Shown: in pieces, positions 15,404 through 29,702 of the stretch
Layout: the number at the start of each line of letters is the position of its first letter
How positions within the stretch are numbered: position 1 is the stretch's first letter
Origin: Eledone cirrhosa
Lineage: Eukaryota
DNA: 64,000 bases
Direction: 5' to 3'
NCBI GenBank assembly: GCA_964016885.1
Contig: OZ024757.1
Coordinates: forward strand, 17,670,001-17,734,000
The notes under the pieces: model-generated
The model's input: the letters and a program-made list of their open reading frames with translations, nothing else
Databases searched by the model: none
What the model was told of the DNA's origin: nothing
Made by a program: the position numbers and the translations under genes

Positions 15404-15745
15404 TCATCATCATCATCATCATTTTACGTCCGCTTTTCCCTGCTTGCAAGGGTGGGACGGGAACTGATTCTGGCTTGATTTTTACAGCTGGATGCCCTTC
15501 CTAACACCAACCTCATTTACAGTGAGTGCTGGGTGCTTTTTTTGCCGTGGCACCTCCACGACCAGTTTGCAGTGGAATGATATGGACCCCAGTCCCTATC
15601 ATCTCATTTCTACAGCTGAGTAAACTGGAGCAATGTGAAATAAAGTGTCTTGCTCAAGGAAACAACACATCACCCGGTCTGAGAATTGAACTCACAACCT
15701 TTCGATTGCAAGGCCAATGTTCTAACCACTAAGCCAAGTGCCTCA
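15404..15745 (-). mobile_element. tRNA-head SINE with RTE-derived 3' tail; copies ~31788-32118 (-), ~35921-36266 (+), ~59326-59623 (-), ~59843-60170 (+), diverged ~17823-18000 (+)
   Basis: Head TGGCTTAGTGGTTAGAGC...GAGTTCAATTC, core CCTTGAGCAAGACACTTTATTTCACATTGCTCCAG, tail CCCACCCTTGCAAGCAGGGAAAAGCGGACGTAAAA(TGA)n. Confidence 0.9.
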
Positions 15746-16277
15746 ATATATATATATATTACTCTTTTACCTGTTTCAGCCATCCGGCTGAGGCCATGCT
15801 GAGGCACCGCCCTTGAGTAATATATATATATTACTAAAATTCTGTGATTGCTTGCTTGCTTGTCTGTAATGTAATGTAATACACCCAAAAGGGCGCATAA
15901 TGGGGAAATACTATGTTTAATTAAAAATGTTTTTAATTAAACATACAATATATTGCCAAATATACTAATATACTATACATACATTCATGTATACAACGCT
16001 ATTTCAGAGCACCAATACTAATATATATATATATATAAATATAAATTCAGCGAGAATCGCATTTTGGCGGGTAGAATAAGCGAACGTAACGCACATTCCG
16101 AGTCATGCTGGCAAGCGCTCCATGAGCTAAAAGACCAGAGCAATAAACATAGGTTATAAAGGCCATACAAACTAAGAAGGCGGTCAAGAAGCTATAGACC
16201 ACCTAAGACAAAAAACAAGTCAAGCTAAACAGGTCAGACAAAATAAATGACATAATTATATATATATATACATATAC

Positions 16278-16308
<31 letters not shown>

Positions 16309-16316
<8 letters not shown>

Positions 16317-16420
16317 AAAGTTTGTCCTTCATCAGTGATCTTCCAACCATCATAGGCATTTCATCGCTTTAAAGGATGATGGTTGGAAGATCACTGATGA
16401 AGGACAAACTTTTTTCATAT
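16309..16420. repeat. Inverted repeat (45-bp arms) containing a truncated CTGATGA hammerhead half
   Basis: ATGAAAAAAGTTTGTCCTTCATCAGTGATCTTCCAACCATCAT and its reverse complement at 16376-16420. Confidence 0.9.
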
Positions 16421-16456
16421 GTAACCCATTTGCAACTCCGCAGCGCCCTTATTATC

Positions 16457-16565
<109 letters not shown>

Positions 16566-16630
16566 CATAAATACATATATATATATACATACATATATAT
16601 ACATATATATATAAACATACATATATATAC

Positions 16631-16659
<29 letters not shown>

Positions 16660-16662
<3 letters not shown>

Positions 16663-16801
16663 TTATTAAAATAACAGATTAAAGTTTAAGCAAAGAATCG
16701 CTGCTTTCACCCTTAACAGGATCTTCAGTTTCAGAAGATTCCGTTAAGGGTGAAAGCACCGATTCTTTGCTTAAACTTTAATCTGTTATTTTAATAAATA
16801 T
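16660..16801. repeat. Fold-back inverted repeat (~65-bp arms); single arm also at ~56553-56625
   Basis: ATTTATTAAAATAACAGATTAAAGTTTAAGCAAAGAATCG... mirrored downstream. Confidence 0.9.
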
Positions 16802-16884
16802 TTGCTCTACGGTTCTTATATATTTGATATATATTTATCCTTATCAAGCCCTCTTTGGATTTTAGTCTTCAAATTTATTATTAT

Positions 16885-16951
<67 letters not shown>

Positions 16952-16955
16952 TATA

Positions 16956-17741
16956 CGAGGTGTGACAGAAAAGTTCTAGGACTCTGCAGCGATCAAACTT
17001 TTTTCTTCATAATTTTATATACATGTCCTCCGTTTCAGGTTGTCAAGCAATGAGCACAGAGCAACGTACAAACTTGAAGTTTCTGGTACGGTTGGGGAAA
17101 ACTCTGTCAGAAGCACTGGGATTGCTGCTGCCAAGTGTATGGAGATGAGACGATGTCACGCTCACGTGTTTTTGAGCGGTGCAAGATGACCCCAGGAGCG
17201 GAAGGCCTTCAACAACCAGGACTGAGGTCAACGTTGAGCGCGTCAGGCAGATGGTGCGTAGCGATCGTCGACTGACTGTTCGACTGATGGCAAATGAGCT
17301 GGGCATGAATCGGGACAGCGTCTGGAAGATTCTCACTGAAGATTTGGACATGTGGAAAGTCTGCGCGAAGATGGTGCCGAAACTGCTGAACGATGACCAG
17401 AAGGATCGACCCATGCAAGTGTGCCAGGACATCCTCGAGCGTCTTGAAACCGAACCAGACTTTCTAGGGACATCACCGGTGATGAGTCATGGATCTTCGA
17501 GGACGACCCAGAGGGGACCCGTTTTGAAGACGTGGACGACATCAAAAAGGCTGTGACGACGGAACTGTGGAGGATCCCGGAAGAATCCTTCCAGGAGTGA
17601 AGGCAAGCGTGGCAGAAAAGGATGGAAAAGTGCATTAAACTCCAGGGGGATTACTTTGAAGGAGAAAACTCTTAGTGTGAAGTTTGGGTTTGAAATAAAA
17701 CTTTTGTTACATCAGTCCTGGAACTTTTCTGACACACCTCG
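16956..17741 (+). mobile_element. Internally deleted mariner transposon
   Basis: TIRs CGAGGTGTGACAGAAAAGTTCTAGGACT / AGTCCTGGAACTTTTCTGACACACCTCG with TA flanks. Transposase remnant DDPRSGRPST...DRRLTVR...KMVPKLL. Confidence 0.93.
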
Positions 17742-18004
17742 TATAAATATACATACACACACACACCCATATATATATATACATACACACACACACCCAT
17801 ATATATATATACATACATGCATGGAGGCACATGTTCTTATGATTAGGATGCTTGCCGTACAATCGTGATATCATAGGTTCGATTCCTAGACAGGCTGGTG
17901 TGTTGTGTTCTGGAGCAAAGTATTTTACTTTACATTGCCCCAGTACACTCAGCTGAGAGTGAGTACCAACACTAGCTGGGAAGTTAATCCTGTGATGGAC
18001 CGGT

Positions 18005-19320
18005 TATGGACTGCCAGAAATCAAACCGTCAAATTAATGATATAACTTCAAGACAGTTTGCAAGAGAGACAAAGTATGACATCACAAAGTTGGCTGCATT
18101 TGTGAATAAACATGAACCTAAAAGTCTTCCAGAACAACGCTGGGCATAATATAAAATCATTTCGTCAGTGATGAGGAATTTTCATTCTTGATGTTCCAGG
18201 TGGCAGAGGAAAAGTATTTGTAACAACATTACTTCTCTCTAAGGTAAGGCAGCAAAAAAGAATTGCACTTGCTGTAGCATCATCTGGCATTGCTGCCACT
18301 CGTCTCCCAGGAGGGCCAACAACCCATTCTGCTTTTTAATTACCGCTAAACCTGGTCACAAATGACAGTCCAGTTTGTAACATAAGCACAGGTTCAGGTT
18401 CAGCAGAAGTGTTGCACCAATGTCATCTGATCATTTGAGATGGATGCACCATGTCACATAGAGGTGCAATGGAAGCTCTTGATAAGACCTTACAGGACAT
18501 AAGAGGCAAAAATAAATCTATGGGAGGAGTTACATTAGTTTTATCAAGAGACTTCAGACAGACGTTACCAGTCATTCCGAGAGGAACAAGAACTGATGAA
18601 ATAAAAGCATGTATTAAGTCTTCGCATCAATGGAATAAAGTAAAGAATTTCTGCTTCAATACTAACATGCGAGCTTTATTACACTGGAACCAATGTACAG
18701 AATAGTTCTCAACCCAACACCTTCAATTAGGAAATGGGGCAGTACCAATTGATGGGGTTATATCAACTTGGCTCATAATGCTATCATGGCAGATTCACCA
18801 GCTGAATTAAAGAACAGGGTATTTCTATACTTAAGTAATCATTATAATTCATACAGATGGTTGTGTGAAAGGGCAATTCTTGCTAAAAAAAAAACGAGAC
18901 ATTAGCAAGGATTAACCATGAGCTAATAAATAAGATTCCAACAGTCATTAAGGAGTACAAATCAGTTGATTCAGTCCTTGACGAAAATGAAGCTGTCCAC
19001 TACCCAAAAGAGTTCCTTAATTCTCTTGAGCCACCTGAAACTCCTCCACATAAACCTTTCCTGAAGGTTGGGGTTTCAATAACGCTTCCAAGACATTTAG
19101 ATCCTCCTAAATTATGCAATGGGACAAGGTTGATTGGGGAGACATTATCACCTAATGTGATGGAACCTACCATCATCACTGGGTGTGCCTCTGGAGAAGA
19201 TATTGCCATTACAAGAATTCCAGTCAAACCAAAGGACATGCCATTTGATTTCAAAGGAACACAGTACCTAGTGCGGCTTCAAGGTGAGATTTTGAAATCT
19301 ACTGACTTGCACTTAAGTTA
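18005..19320 (+). mobile_element. Degenerate Helitron Pif1-family helicase fragment
   Basis: AVASSGIAAT, EALDKTLQDIRG...GGVTLVLSRDFRQTLPVIPRG, YPKEFLNSLEP and KLCNGTRL, with multiple stops and frameshifts. Confidence 0.92.
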
Positions 19321-19792
19321 GCTTTCTTTTTCTCGGGGTCAACTTTAAGTTTGTTGCTCCAGGGTGGGTAGTTTACAAGACTTATTTGTCGGGAAGGAAC
19401 ACTTTCATTCCCAGAAAGAAAGTCAGACAGACAGAGAGTCAGAGCGAGACAGAGAGTCAGAGCGAGACAGAGAGAAAGACAGGAAGATAGACTGACAGAC
19501 AGACAGAGAGATAGACTGACAGACAGAGAGACAGACAGACTAACAGAGAGACAGACAGACAGAGACAGAGAGAGAGAGAGACAGACTGACAGAGAGAGAG
19601 AGAGAGAGAGAGAGGGGGAGAGAGAGAGAGAGAGATACATACACAGAGAAGCAATACTACAGACATAACACACCGATGACACCCCCCACTCCCCAATATA
19701 TATACTACAGTGTGAATATATCACATTCTATATATAATTACTGTGTGTGTGTATATTTATATATATACACAGTAATATATATATATATATAT

Positions 19793-19854
<62 letters not shown>

Positions 19855-20162
19855 CCTCCCAGCCCCACACTGTAGATGTGGTTGGGGGGGGGGGGGGGGG
19901 CATCCAGCTGTGGAGAACCCGCCAGACAGTCCACGCTGTAATGTGGCCGTGTAGGCAACACGGTAAAAACCTCCCAGCCCCACACTGTAAATGTGGTTGG
20001 TGTTAGGAAGGGCACCCAGTTGTAGAAAACCCGTCAGACAGTCCTATGCGAGCAAGACAACTCTTGCCTCAAGTGGGAAAACCCCCGTCCAAACCCATGC
20101 AAGCGTGGAACACGGACGCTAAACCTGATGATGATGATGATGATGATGATATATATATATAT

Positions 20163-20218
<56 letters not shown>

Positions 20219-20366
20219 GTATATATATATATAAGCAAAGTGATATTTAATTTGTTGGTTATTCAGCACATTTATTTATAACAGATTCGAAGCACTCTAC
20301 AGTATTCTTCTGGAGTATAATATCAATAATATTAATAAATGGAAACTATATTTATAAAACCATATT

Positions 20367-20427
20367 TATTCTATTATATATATTTCAAGGGTACCAAAAC
20401 TTTGGTACGCTCTCATCAGATAAAATA
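20367..20427 (-). ncRNA. Type I hammerhead ribozyme motif (family A)
   Basis: Reverse strand: TATTTTAT CTGATGA [GAGCGTACCAA AGTT TTGGTACCCTT] GAAA TATATA TA^ ATAGAATA. Confidence 0.85.
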
Positions 20428-21460
20428 CAGAGCTTGTTTTATAAATATTGACATATCCAGGCATGAGACCTTAACGGTCCAAGTTTTACCTGGATAGGTA
20501 TATATATGTATATATATATAACCAGATTACCTCTAACTGGATTACCTATAACGATAACTTGTTATCCCATATATATATATATGAACAGAAGCCCCCTCAA
20601 TTCAATCTATACATTGACAAATTGACAATCATATGGATCATTTTGCATATATGTACTCTGTGTTTTTGCATTTATTCATTATTGGTGCTTTTCTTTTGTG
20701 TACTTTATGTCTATTTTTCTTTGGTTTTGTTCCATGTGATGGAAATTATGACTGTGTACCAGATTGACTACTGCCTTGAATACTGTAGTTTACCCTTCGT
20801 TCTAATGTACGGCACTATCGTTCAATATATGGATAGTGTAACTGTGACATTGGAACTCCTCTCAGAACTTCTTACTTAAACATCTCTCTCCATATTATTT
20901 ACTCACTTCAATCTATGTTTTTTTACTCACCTCAATCCAGATTCTCACTTGAAAAATTTTTTAATTTTTAATTGTTATTTTTTAATTGCTTAATTTATAA
21001 TTTTTGATTTAGGATTTTAATTTTTATTTTCAACTCTGACTCATAACTTCCAATGTGAAACCATGATACCTAGAATTAAGTATATTTTCTCTTGGGAGTT
21101 GATGGTCAGTCGTACTGTCTATGCTTGGTGAGAGGTAGTATTGTGACCTGTAAAAACTAACACTCTCCCATCCCCTCTGGCTTTCGGCTGACTGCCACAG
21201 ACGGGATGGGTAGCAGTAAACTATGGGACAGGCCTAAATGGGTCATTGTTTGGCTGAGAGGGTGAACTGACTAAGCGAATTTCGTTGAAATCTGCGGTAG
21301 CTAATGATCAACCTCCTTTGGACATGCACCTGCGCAGACCGGTGGGGGTGAATTGGTACTCACAGGGGAACAGATGAAAAACCCAAAAGCACACACTTCA
21401 TCCGTTCCGATGTTGATTCAACTTGGATTGCCTCGGAAACATAACCTTATTATGTAACAA

Positions 21461-21534
21461 GCTGTCTGATGATATCACGACATTCGCACACAGAACAGTG
21501 TGGCCACTGTCGCCATTGAAATATATATCACAGC
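21461..21534 (+). ncRNA. Type I hammerhead ribozyme motif with long, imperfect stem II
   Basis: GCTGT CTGATGA [TATCACGACA...TGTCGCCATT] GAAA TATATA TC^ ACAGC; stem I is perfect, the base of stem II is mismatched. Confidence 0.7.
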
Positions 21535-21913
21535 ATTATTATTAAAGGACTTGAACATCTGAAACTACTTCGCTTTTACTTATTCGTCACTCCGTCACTC
21601 CTATGTGGAAAAAGTACGTTGAGTGCTTGAATTGAATTGCATCAATGTTTACCCTAAGTATATATATATATATATATATTGCTGTGTACATATTCAGTGT
21701 ATATATTACTGTGTATATATATATATATTATATGTATATAGATTACTGTGAATATATATATATATTATATGTATGTAGATTACTGTGAATATATATTACT
21801 GCAATATATATTGTTTTTGTAAAAAAAGATATATTTTTCACACACACACACACATATATATATATATGTGTATATATATATATATATATTAAAGTATATA
21901 TACATATTACTGT

Positions 21914-21974
<61 letters not shown>

Positions 21975-21985
21975 GTATATATATG

Positions 21986-22083
<98 letters not shown>

Positions 22084-22700
22084 TATGTATATATATATAG
22101 AACGACAAAGCATAAATGAATTGAGAGAGAGACTGAGCATAAGAGGAATCAAATGCTGCGTGCAGGAGAGGCGGTTACGCTGGTATGGACATGTGATGCG
22201 TATGAAGGATGACAGCTGCATAAAAAGGTGCAGAGCACTAGAAGTTGATGGAAACCGCGGAGTGGGGAGACCCAAGATGACTTGGGATGAGGTGATAAAA
22301 GCCGACCTTACCCAACTACACCTCTCAAAGTCAATGACACACGACCGTGACTTCTGGCGTCACGCAGTAATACAGGGTACCCGACCTCCCATGGGTACAT
22401 GCTGAAGCATATAAACAATATGCCCCCCCCCCCACCGCAAGGTGGTCGTGGAGGTGCCACGGCAAAAAAGCACCCAGCCCACACTGTAAAGTGGACGTGT
22501 AGGCGCCACGAAAAAGCACCCAGCACTCACTGTAAATGAGGTTGGTGTTAGGAAGGGCATCCAGCTGTAGAAATCAAGCCAGATCAGTTCCTGTATGAGC
22601 AAGGCATGGTCAGCCGACCAGACACTGCCCACAACAGGACAACCCGTCTAACCCATGCTAGCGTGGAAGAACGGACGTAAAACGGTGATGATGATGATGA

Positions 22701-22748
<48 letters not shown>

Positions 22749-22749
22749 C

Positions 22750-23338
22750 ATGTTCGGTGAATCCATACGTACATATATGTGTGCACGTATGTATATATAT
22801 ATACATACTACTGTACGTCTGTATACATATATGTATGTACGTGTACATACTTATATTTAAGTAACAGCTGTACTAAGAGTGGGAAATGAAATTTCGTTTC
22901 ATTTTTTCCGTTTATCGTTTTCAGTGCACCCGGCCGATTAACCCACTCGATATGCAAATTGGGCTACTCAGCCGTTAATATGCATAAGGTAAGTATATAC
23001 GTTCAACAATCTGGCAGGAAGGTATACGTTGCTGACGATAGCTAATAAGCTTGAAATTAGTACAGCGTTCCTTTGTCAGTGTTGAACAAACGAGCAACGA
23101 TGGTTGCTGGACACTGTACGGCTTAATACGGGATGGTTGTTTACAAACAACCGAGCATTATAATAAATGTTCGGTGAATCCATACGTACATATATATATA
23201 TGTGTGCATGTATGTATATATATATACATACTACTGTACGTCTGTATACATATATGTATGTACGTGTACATACTTATATTTAAGTAACAGCCGTACTAAG
23301 AGTGGGAAATGAAATTTCGTTTCATTTTTTCCGTTTAT
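22750..23338 (+). mobile_element. Partial tandem repeat (~420-bp unit, ~1.4 copies) containing a hammerhead; relatives at ~14960-15280 (+), ~53230-53500 (-), ~6860-6915 (-)
   Basis: TGTTCGGTGAATCCATACG...CATTTTTTCCGTTTAT occurs at ~22751-22916 and again at ~23168-23338. Confidence 0.75.
23026..23068 (+). ncRNA. Minimal type I hammerhead ribozyme motif
   Basis: ACGTTG CTGACGA [T AGCT AATA AGCT T] GAAA TTAG TA^ CAGCGT. Confidence 0.75.
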
Positions 23339-23370
23339 ATATAACAGTAATAGGTATATATAATATATAC

Positions 23371-23416
<46 letters not shown>

Positions 23417-23527
23417 CAGTAATATGTATATATACTTTAATATATATATATATATATATATATATCATCATCATCATGATATATATATATATATATATAT
23501 ATATAACAGTAATATGTATATATATAC

Positions 23528-23598
<71 letters not shown>

Positions 23599-23599
23599 C

Positions 23600-23641
<42 letters not shown>

Positions 23642-23739
23642 TATATATACATATATATGTATGTATATATATTACAGTGTATATATTTACGAAATGCATC
23701 GCTACAAAATCTGAATTGCAAAGACAAAGCTTGTTTACC

Positions 23740-24182
23740 AACAGCAGCAGTAGTAGTAGTGGCAGTGGTTGCAGTAGTAGTGGTGTTACTGATGATAGTA
23801 GTGGTAGTGGTGGGAGTAGTGGTGGTAGTAGCAGCCGCAACAGCAGTAGTAGTAATAGTAGTAGTAGTAGTAGTAGTAGCAGTACTAGTAGTAGTGGTAG
23901 TAATAGTAGTAGTAGCAGCAGCAGCAGCAGCAGCAGTACTAGTAGAAGTAGCAGCAGTGGTAGTGGTGTTACTGACGATAGTAGTGGTAGTGGTGGGAGT
24001 AGTGGTGGTAGTAGAAGCAGCAACAGCAGTAGTAGTAATAGTAGTAGTAGTAGCAGTACTAGTAGTAGTGGTAGTAATAGTAGTAGTAGTAGTAGTAGTA
24101 GTAGCAGCAACAGTAGTAGTAGTGGTGGTGGTGGTGGTGGTAGTAGCGGTTGTTGTAATAGCAGCAGTAGTAGTAGCAGTAA

Positions 24183-24215
<33 letters not shown>

Positions 24216-24265
24216 TAGTAGTAGTAGTTGCAGTAGCAGTAGTATTAACGGTAGTAGTAGCAGTG
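23740..24265. repeat. (AGT/AGC/GGT)n trinucleotide repeat with an internal ~180-bp duplication
   Basis: GGTGTTACTGA.GATAGTAGTGG occurs twice (~23782 and ~23965). Confidence 0.95.
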
Positions 24266-24530
24266 TTGAGAGTTAGTAGAATGGTGGTGCCAGTTTGGTG
24301 GAAGTGGTGTGGTGGTTTATGGCTAAAAAGAAATGTCAAATTGCTGAAGAAACATTGTTAGCAACTAAAGAAAGATGTTTTAATGGAAATATTTGCTAAA
24401 AAATGTGGATTTCCTCCAGAAATATTTTACACGACAGATCGTCTGCTACAACTGTAAGTATCATAGCAGTTCACATTGTATATATTGTTGAAACTGTGAA
24501 TATTTTAGAATATATATGATATATACATGC

Positions 24531-24561
<31 letters not shown>

Positions 24562-25019
24562 TGCATATTATATGGTGTATATAGAACAACGTTCAAATAT
24601 TAACAGAATAAACATTCTATATATGTGATGGGGTATAGAATAAAATATACATTTGTCCATGAAAAATGTGACAGTGACTTCGAAGGAAGAGTGTCGTTTT
24701 TCAGAGTTAAAAGATGCAACGTTCAAACTTGGAAATCACTGCCAGATTTTTCTTCGGAATATAACTCATACATATATATATATATACAGGCATATATACA
24801 CACATATATACTATATACACAACACGCACATATATTCATACATATATATTATATACACAGCACACACATACATACAAAACCCATACACACACTTAAACAC
24901 ACATACACACGCACACATAACATATAGACACACATACACATATTCATACACATACTCATATACACACACACATATACATATATATATACACACACACATT
25001 TATATATACATATATACAC

Positions 25020-25680
25020 GTCTTTGTTGTTTTGTTTACAATCTTCTCGTCTTTTTCTCCTCTAGTTTTTCCACTCGTCTTCCCATTTCTTCCGCTCGTC
25101 TTCCCAATTTTTTCCGCTCGTCTTCCCATTTCTTCCGCTTGTCTTCCAATTTCTTCCTCTAGTCTTCCCATTTCATCCTCTAGTCTTCCACTTGTCTTCC
25201 CATTTCTTCCTCTAGTCTTCCCATTTCTTCCACTAGTCTTCCCATTTCTTCCTCTAGTCTTCCCATTTCTTCCTCTACTCTTCCAATTTCTGCCACTTGT
25301 CTTCCCATTTCTCCCTCTAGTCTTCCCATTTCTTCCACTCGTCTTTTTCTTCCTCTAGTCTTCCCATTTCATCCTCTAGTCTTCCCATTTCTTCCTCTAG
25401 TCGTCCCATTTCTTCTGCTCGTCTTCCTATTTCTTCCGTTCGTCTTCCCATTTCTTCCCATTTCTTCCGCTCATCTTCCCATTTCTTCTGCTTGTCTTCC
25501 CATTCCTTCCACTCGTCTTCCAATTCCTTCCTCTAGTCTTCCCATTTCCTCCACTCGTCTTCCAATTCCTTCCTCTAGTCTTCCCATTTCCTCCACTTGT
25601 CTTCCCATTTCTTCCCCTAGTCTTGCCATTTCATCCTCTACTCTTCCCATTTCTTCCTCTAGTTTTCCCATTTCGTCAGC
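25020..25680. repeat. ~21-bp pyrimidine-rich minisatellite (TTCTTCCTCTAGTCTTCCCAT)
   Basis: Direct reading. Confidence 0.92.
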
Positions 25681-25689
25681 CATTTAATC

Positions 25690-28600
25690 GTCCACCCAAC
25701 CATCCAACCACCCAACCAACCATTCATCCAACCACCCAACCAACCACCCAACCAACCTTCCAACCATCCAACCAACCACCCAACCAACCTTCCAACCAAC
25801 CACCCAACCAACCATTCATCCAACCAACCAACCACCCAACCAACCACCCAACCAACCTTCCAACCATCCAACCAACCACCCAACCAACCTTCCAACCAAC
25901 CACCCAACCAACCATTCATCCAACCAACCAACCACCCAACCAACCACCCAACCAACCTTCCAACCATCCAACCAACCACCCAACCAACCTTCCAACCAAC
26001 CACCCAACCAACCATTCATCCAACCAACCAACCACCCAACCAACTATCCAACCATCCAACCTTCCAACCAACCTTCCAACCAACCTTCCAACCATCCAAC
26101 CAACCACCCAACCAACCAACTATCCAACCTTCCATCCAACCAACCAACCAACCAACCAACCAACCATCCAACCATCCAACCAACCAGCCAACCATCCAAC
26201 CTTCCATCCAACCATCCAACCTTCCAGCCAACCACCCAATCAACTGTCCAACCATCCAACCACCCAACCATCCATCCAACCTTCCAACCAACCATCCAAC
26301 CTTCCAGCCAACCACCCAATCAACTGTCCAAACCATCCATCCAACCAACCAACCATCCACCCAACCAACTATCCAACCATCCAACCAACCAACCACCAAA
26401 CCTTCCAGCCAACCACCCAATCAACTGTCCAACGATCCAACCTTCCAACCAACCAACCATCCATCCAACCAACTATCCAACCAACCAACCAACTATCCAA
26501 TCAACCAACCAACCATCCACCCAACCAACCAACCATCCAACCAACCAACCATCCTACCAACCAACCATCCTACCAACCAACCATCCAACCTTCCAGCCAA
26601 CCACTCAATGAACCGTCCAACCAACCAACCATCCATCCAACCAACCATCCAACCATCCACCCAACCAACCAACCATCCACCCAACCAACCAACCAACCAA
26701 CCAACCATCCTACCAACCAACCATCCAACCTTCCAGCCAACCACTCAATGAACCGTCCAACCAACCAACCATCCATCCAACCAACCATCCAACCATCCAC
26801 CCAACCAACCAACCATCCACCCAACCAACCAACCATCCACCCAACCAACCAACCAACCAACCAACCATCCTACCAACCAACCATCCAACCTTCCAGCCAA
26901 CCACTCAATGAACCGTCCAACCACCCATCCAACCACCCAACCAACCAACCAACCAACCATCCATCCAACCAACCATCCATCCAACCAACCATCCAACCAT
27001 CCATCCAACCAACCAACCAACCATCCATCCAACCAACCAACCAACCATCCATCCATCCATCCAACCAACTATCCAACCAACCAACTAACCATCCATCCAA
27101 CCAACCAACCAACCATCCAACCAACCAGCCAACCATCCATCCAACCAACCATCCATCCAACCAACCAACCATCCATCCAACCAACCAACCAACCATCCAT
27201 CCAACCAACTATCCAACCAACCAACCAACCAGCCAACCATCCATCCAACCAACCAACCAACCATCCATCCAACCAACTATCCAACCAACCAACCATCCAT
27301 CCAACCAACCAACCAACCATCCATCCAACCAACTATCCAACCAACCAACCAACCATCCATCCAACCAACCAACCAACCATCCATCCAACCAACCAACCAA
27401 CCATCCATCCATCCATCCAACCAACTATCCAACCAACCAACTAACCATCCATCCAACCAACCAACCAACCATCCAACCAACCAGCCAACCATCCATCCAA
27501 CCAACCATCCATCCAACCAACCAACCATCCATCCAACCAACCAACCAACCATCCATCCAACCAACTATCCAACCAACCAACCAGCCAACCATCCATCCAA
27601 CCAACCAACCATCCATCCAACCAACCAACCAACCATCCATCCATCCATCCAACCAACTATCCAACCAACCAACTAACCATCCATCCAACCAACCAACCAA
27701 CCATCCAACCAACCAGCCAACCATCCATCCAACCAACCATCCAACCAACCATCCATCCAACCAACCAACCATCCATCCATCCAACCAACTATCCAACCAA
27801 CCAGCCAACCATCCATCCAACCAACCATCCAACCAACCATCCATCCAACCAACCAACCAACCATCCAACCAACCAGCCAACCATCCATCCAACCAACCAT
27901 CCAACCAACCATCCATCCAACCAACCAACCATCCATCCATCCAACCAACTATCCAACCAACCAGCCAACCATCCATCCAACCAACCATCCAACCAACCAT
28001 CCATCCAACCAACCAACCATCCATCCAACCAACCAACCAACCATCCATCCAACCAACTATCCAACCAACCAACCAACCAGCCAACCATCCATCCAACCAA
28101 CCAGCCAACCATCCATCCAACCAACCATCCAACCAACCATCCATCCAACCAACCAACCATCCATCCAACCAACCAACCAACCATCCATCCAACCAACTAT
28201 CCAACCAACCAACCAACCAGCCAACCATCCATCCAACCAACCAACCAACCATCCATCCAACCAACTATCCAACCAACCATCCAACCAACTATCCAACCAA
28301 CCAACCATCCAACCATCCAACCAACTATCCAACCAACCAGCCAACCAACCATCCAACCAACCAGCCAACCATCCATCCAACCAACTATCCAACCAACCAG
28401 CCAACCAACCATCCAACCAACCAACCAACCATCCATCCAACCAACTATCCAACCAACCATCCAACCAACTATCCAACCAACCAACCATCCAACCATCCAA
28501 CCAACTATCCAACCAACCAGCCAACCAACCATCCAACCAACCAACCAACCAACTATCCAACCAACCAACCAACCAACCAGCCAACCAACCATCCAACCAA

Positions 28601-28818
28601 CCAGCCAACCATCCATCCAACCAACTATCCAACCAACCAGCCAACCAACCATCCAACCAACCAGCCAACCATCCATCCAACCAACTATCCAACCAACCAG
28701 CCAACCAACCATCCAACCAACCAACCAACCATCCATCCAACCAACTATCCAACCAACCATCCAACCAACTATCCAACCAACCAACCATCCAACCATCCAT
28801 CCTACCAACCAACCATCT
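25690..28818. repeat. ~3.1 kb (CCAA/CCAT)n tetranucleotide satellite with higher-order duplications
   Basis: Direct reading; source of the QPTN and WLVG pseudo-ORFs. Confidence 0.97.
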
Positions 28819-28866
28819 ATATGTTAAGCAGAAAAGATGAATATATATAGAAGTGTTAGACTAGAG

Positions 28867-29702
28867 CAGCGTTCCTCAACGGGTGATCCGCGGAACCCTA
28901 CGGTCGCTTAAAAGCTCGCTAGGAGTTCCATGAGAAACAATGATAAATAAGGTCATGTATTTTTCTCTTATTTTTATATTCGTAATCTTACTATACAGGT
29001 GGGGTGTATCAGACCTGCCAACCCCTAAAAACCGAAACAGGGAGTACCATGATAAAAAAAATGCTCCAAAACGGGGAGAAATGAGGCAACATTGGGGGGT
29101 TTTACATAATGAAAGCTATAGCCATTTTCACAAGAAAAGATATTTCTCACCCACCCCAAAATGGGTGGGACATCTCCCCGTCGGACGGGGAGAGTTAACA
29201 TGTCTGGGTACATTGTTAGAAAATCCTTGCTTATTATAATAAAGGCTTCAATCCCTTATATTATTTAAATCTAAGTGTGTTTTTTTCGCGTCACCAATAA
29301 ATCTGACAAAAAAAGGTCATTTTTTTCTTTAACTTGTTAGTTGCAAAAAAAAAAAAAAAATTATGTAAACTGGCCATATCCGGTCAGAATTCTCTCACCT
29401 TTTTTCTATTTAAACCGGTTGTAACTGGCTGTTCATACTGATGTTAATATATTGTTCTCAAAATAAATAATATTAAAATCTCACAGATTCGATATTATGT
29501 GAGATATCATGTAAGATAAAGCCTTGGCCACAAAAAATACAATAGCATAGACAGAGTAATGTAAATACTAAAGGGTTAACTCGTGAACTACGATAAGAAA
29601 TAGATTTTAATAAAGGTATATAATAATTTTTATCCAGGGGTTTCCTGCCACATGAAAACTATTTCAAGGGTTCCACAAGGGTAAAAAGGTTGCGAAACGC
29701 CG
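28867..29702. mobile_element. Non-autonomous hAT-like DNA transposon (MITE), diverged
   Basis: Imperfect TIRs CAGCGTTCCTCAAC / GTTGCGAAACGCCG with subterminal GGAACCC / GGGTTCC. Confidence 0.6.

Noticed and set aside
18005-19320. Host PIF1 helicase gene
   Set aside because: Intronless with many stops and frameshifts and Helitron-type motifs; a transposon remnant.
23302-24361. Ser/Gly-rich and poly-Val/Leu ORFs
   Set aside because: Trinucleotide repeat open in several frames on both strands.
25623-28850. 1075-aa QPTN-rich mucin-like ORF
   Set aside because: Tetranucleotide satellite translation with no unique domain or exon context.
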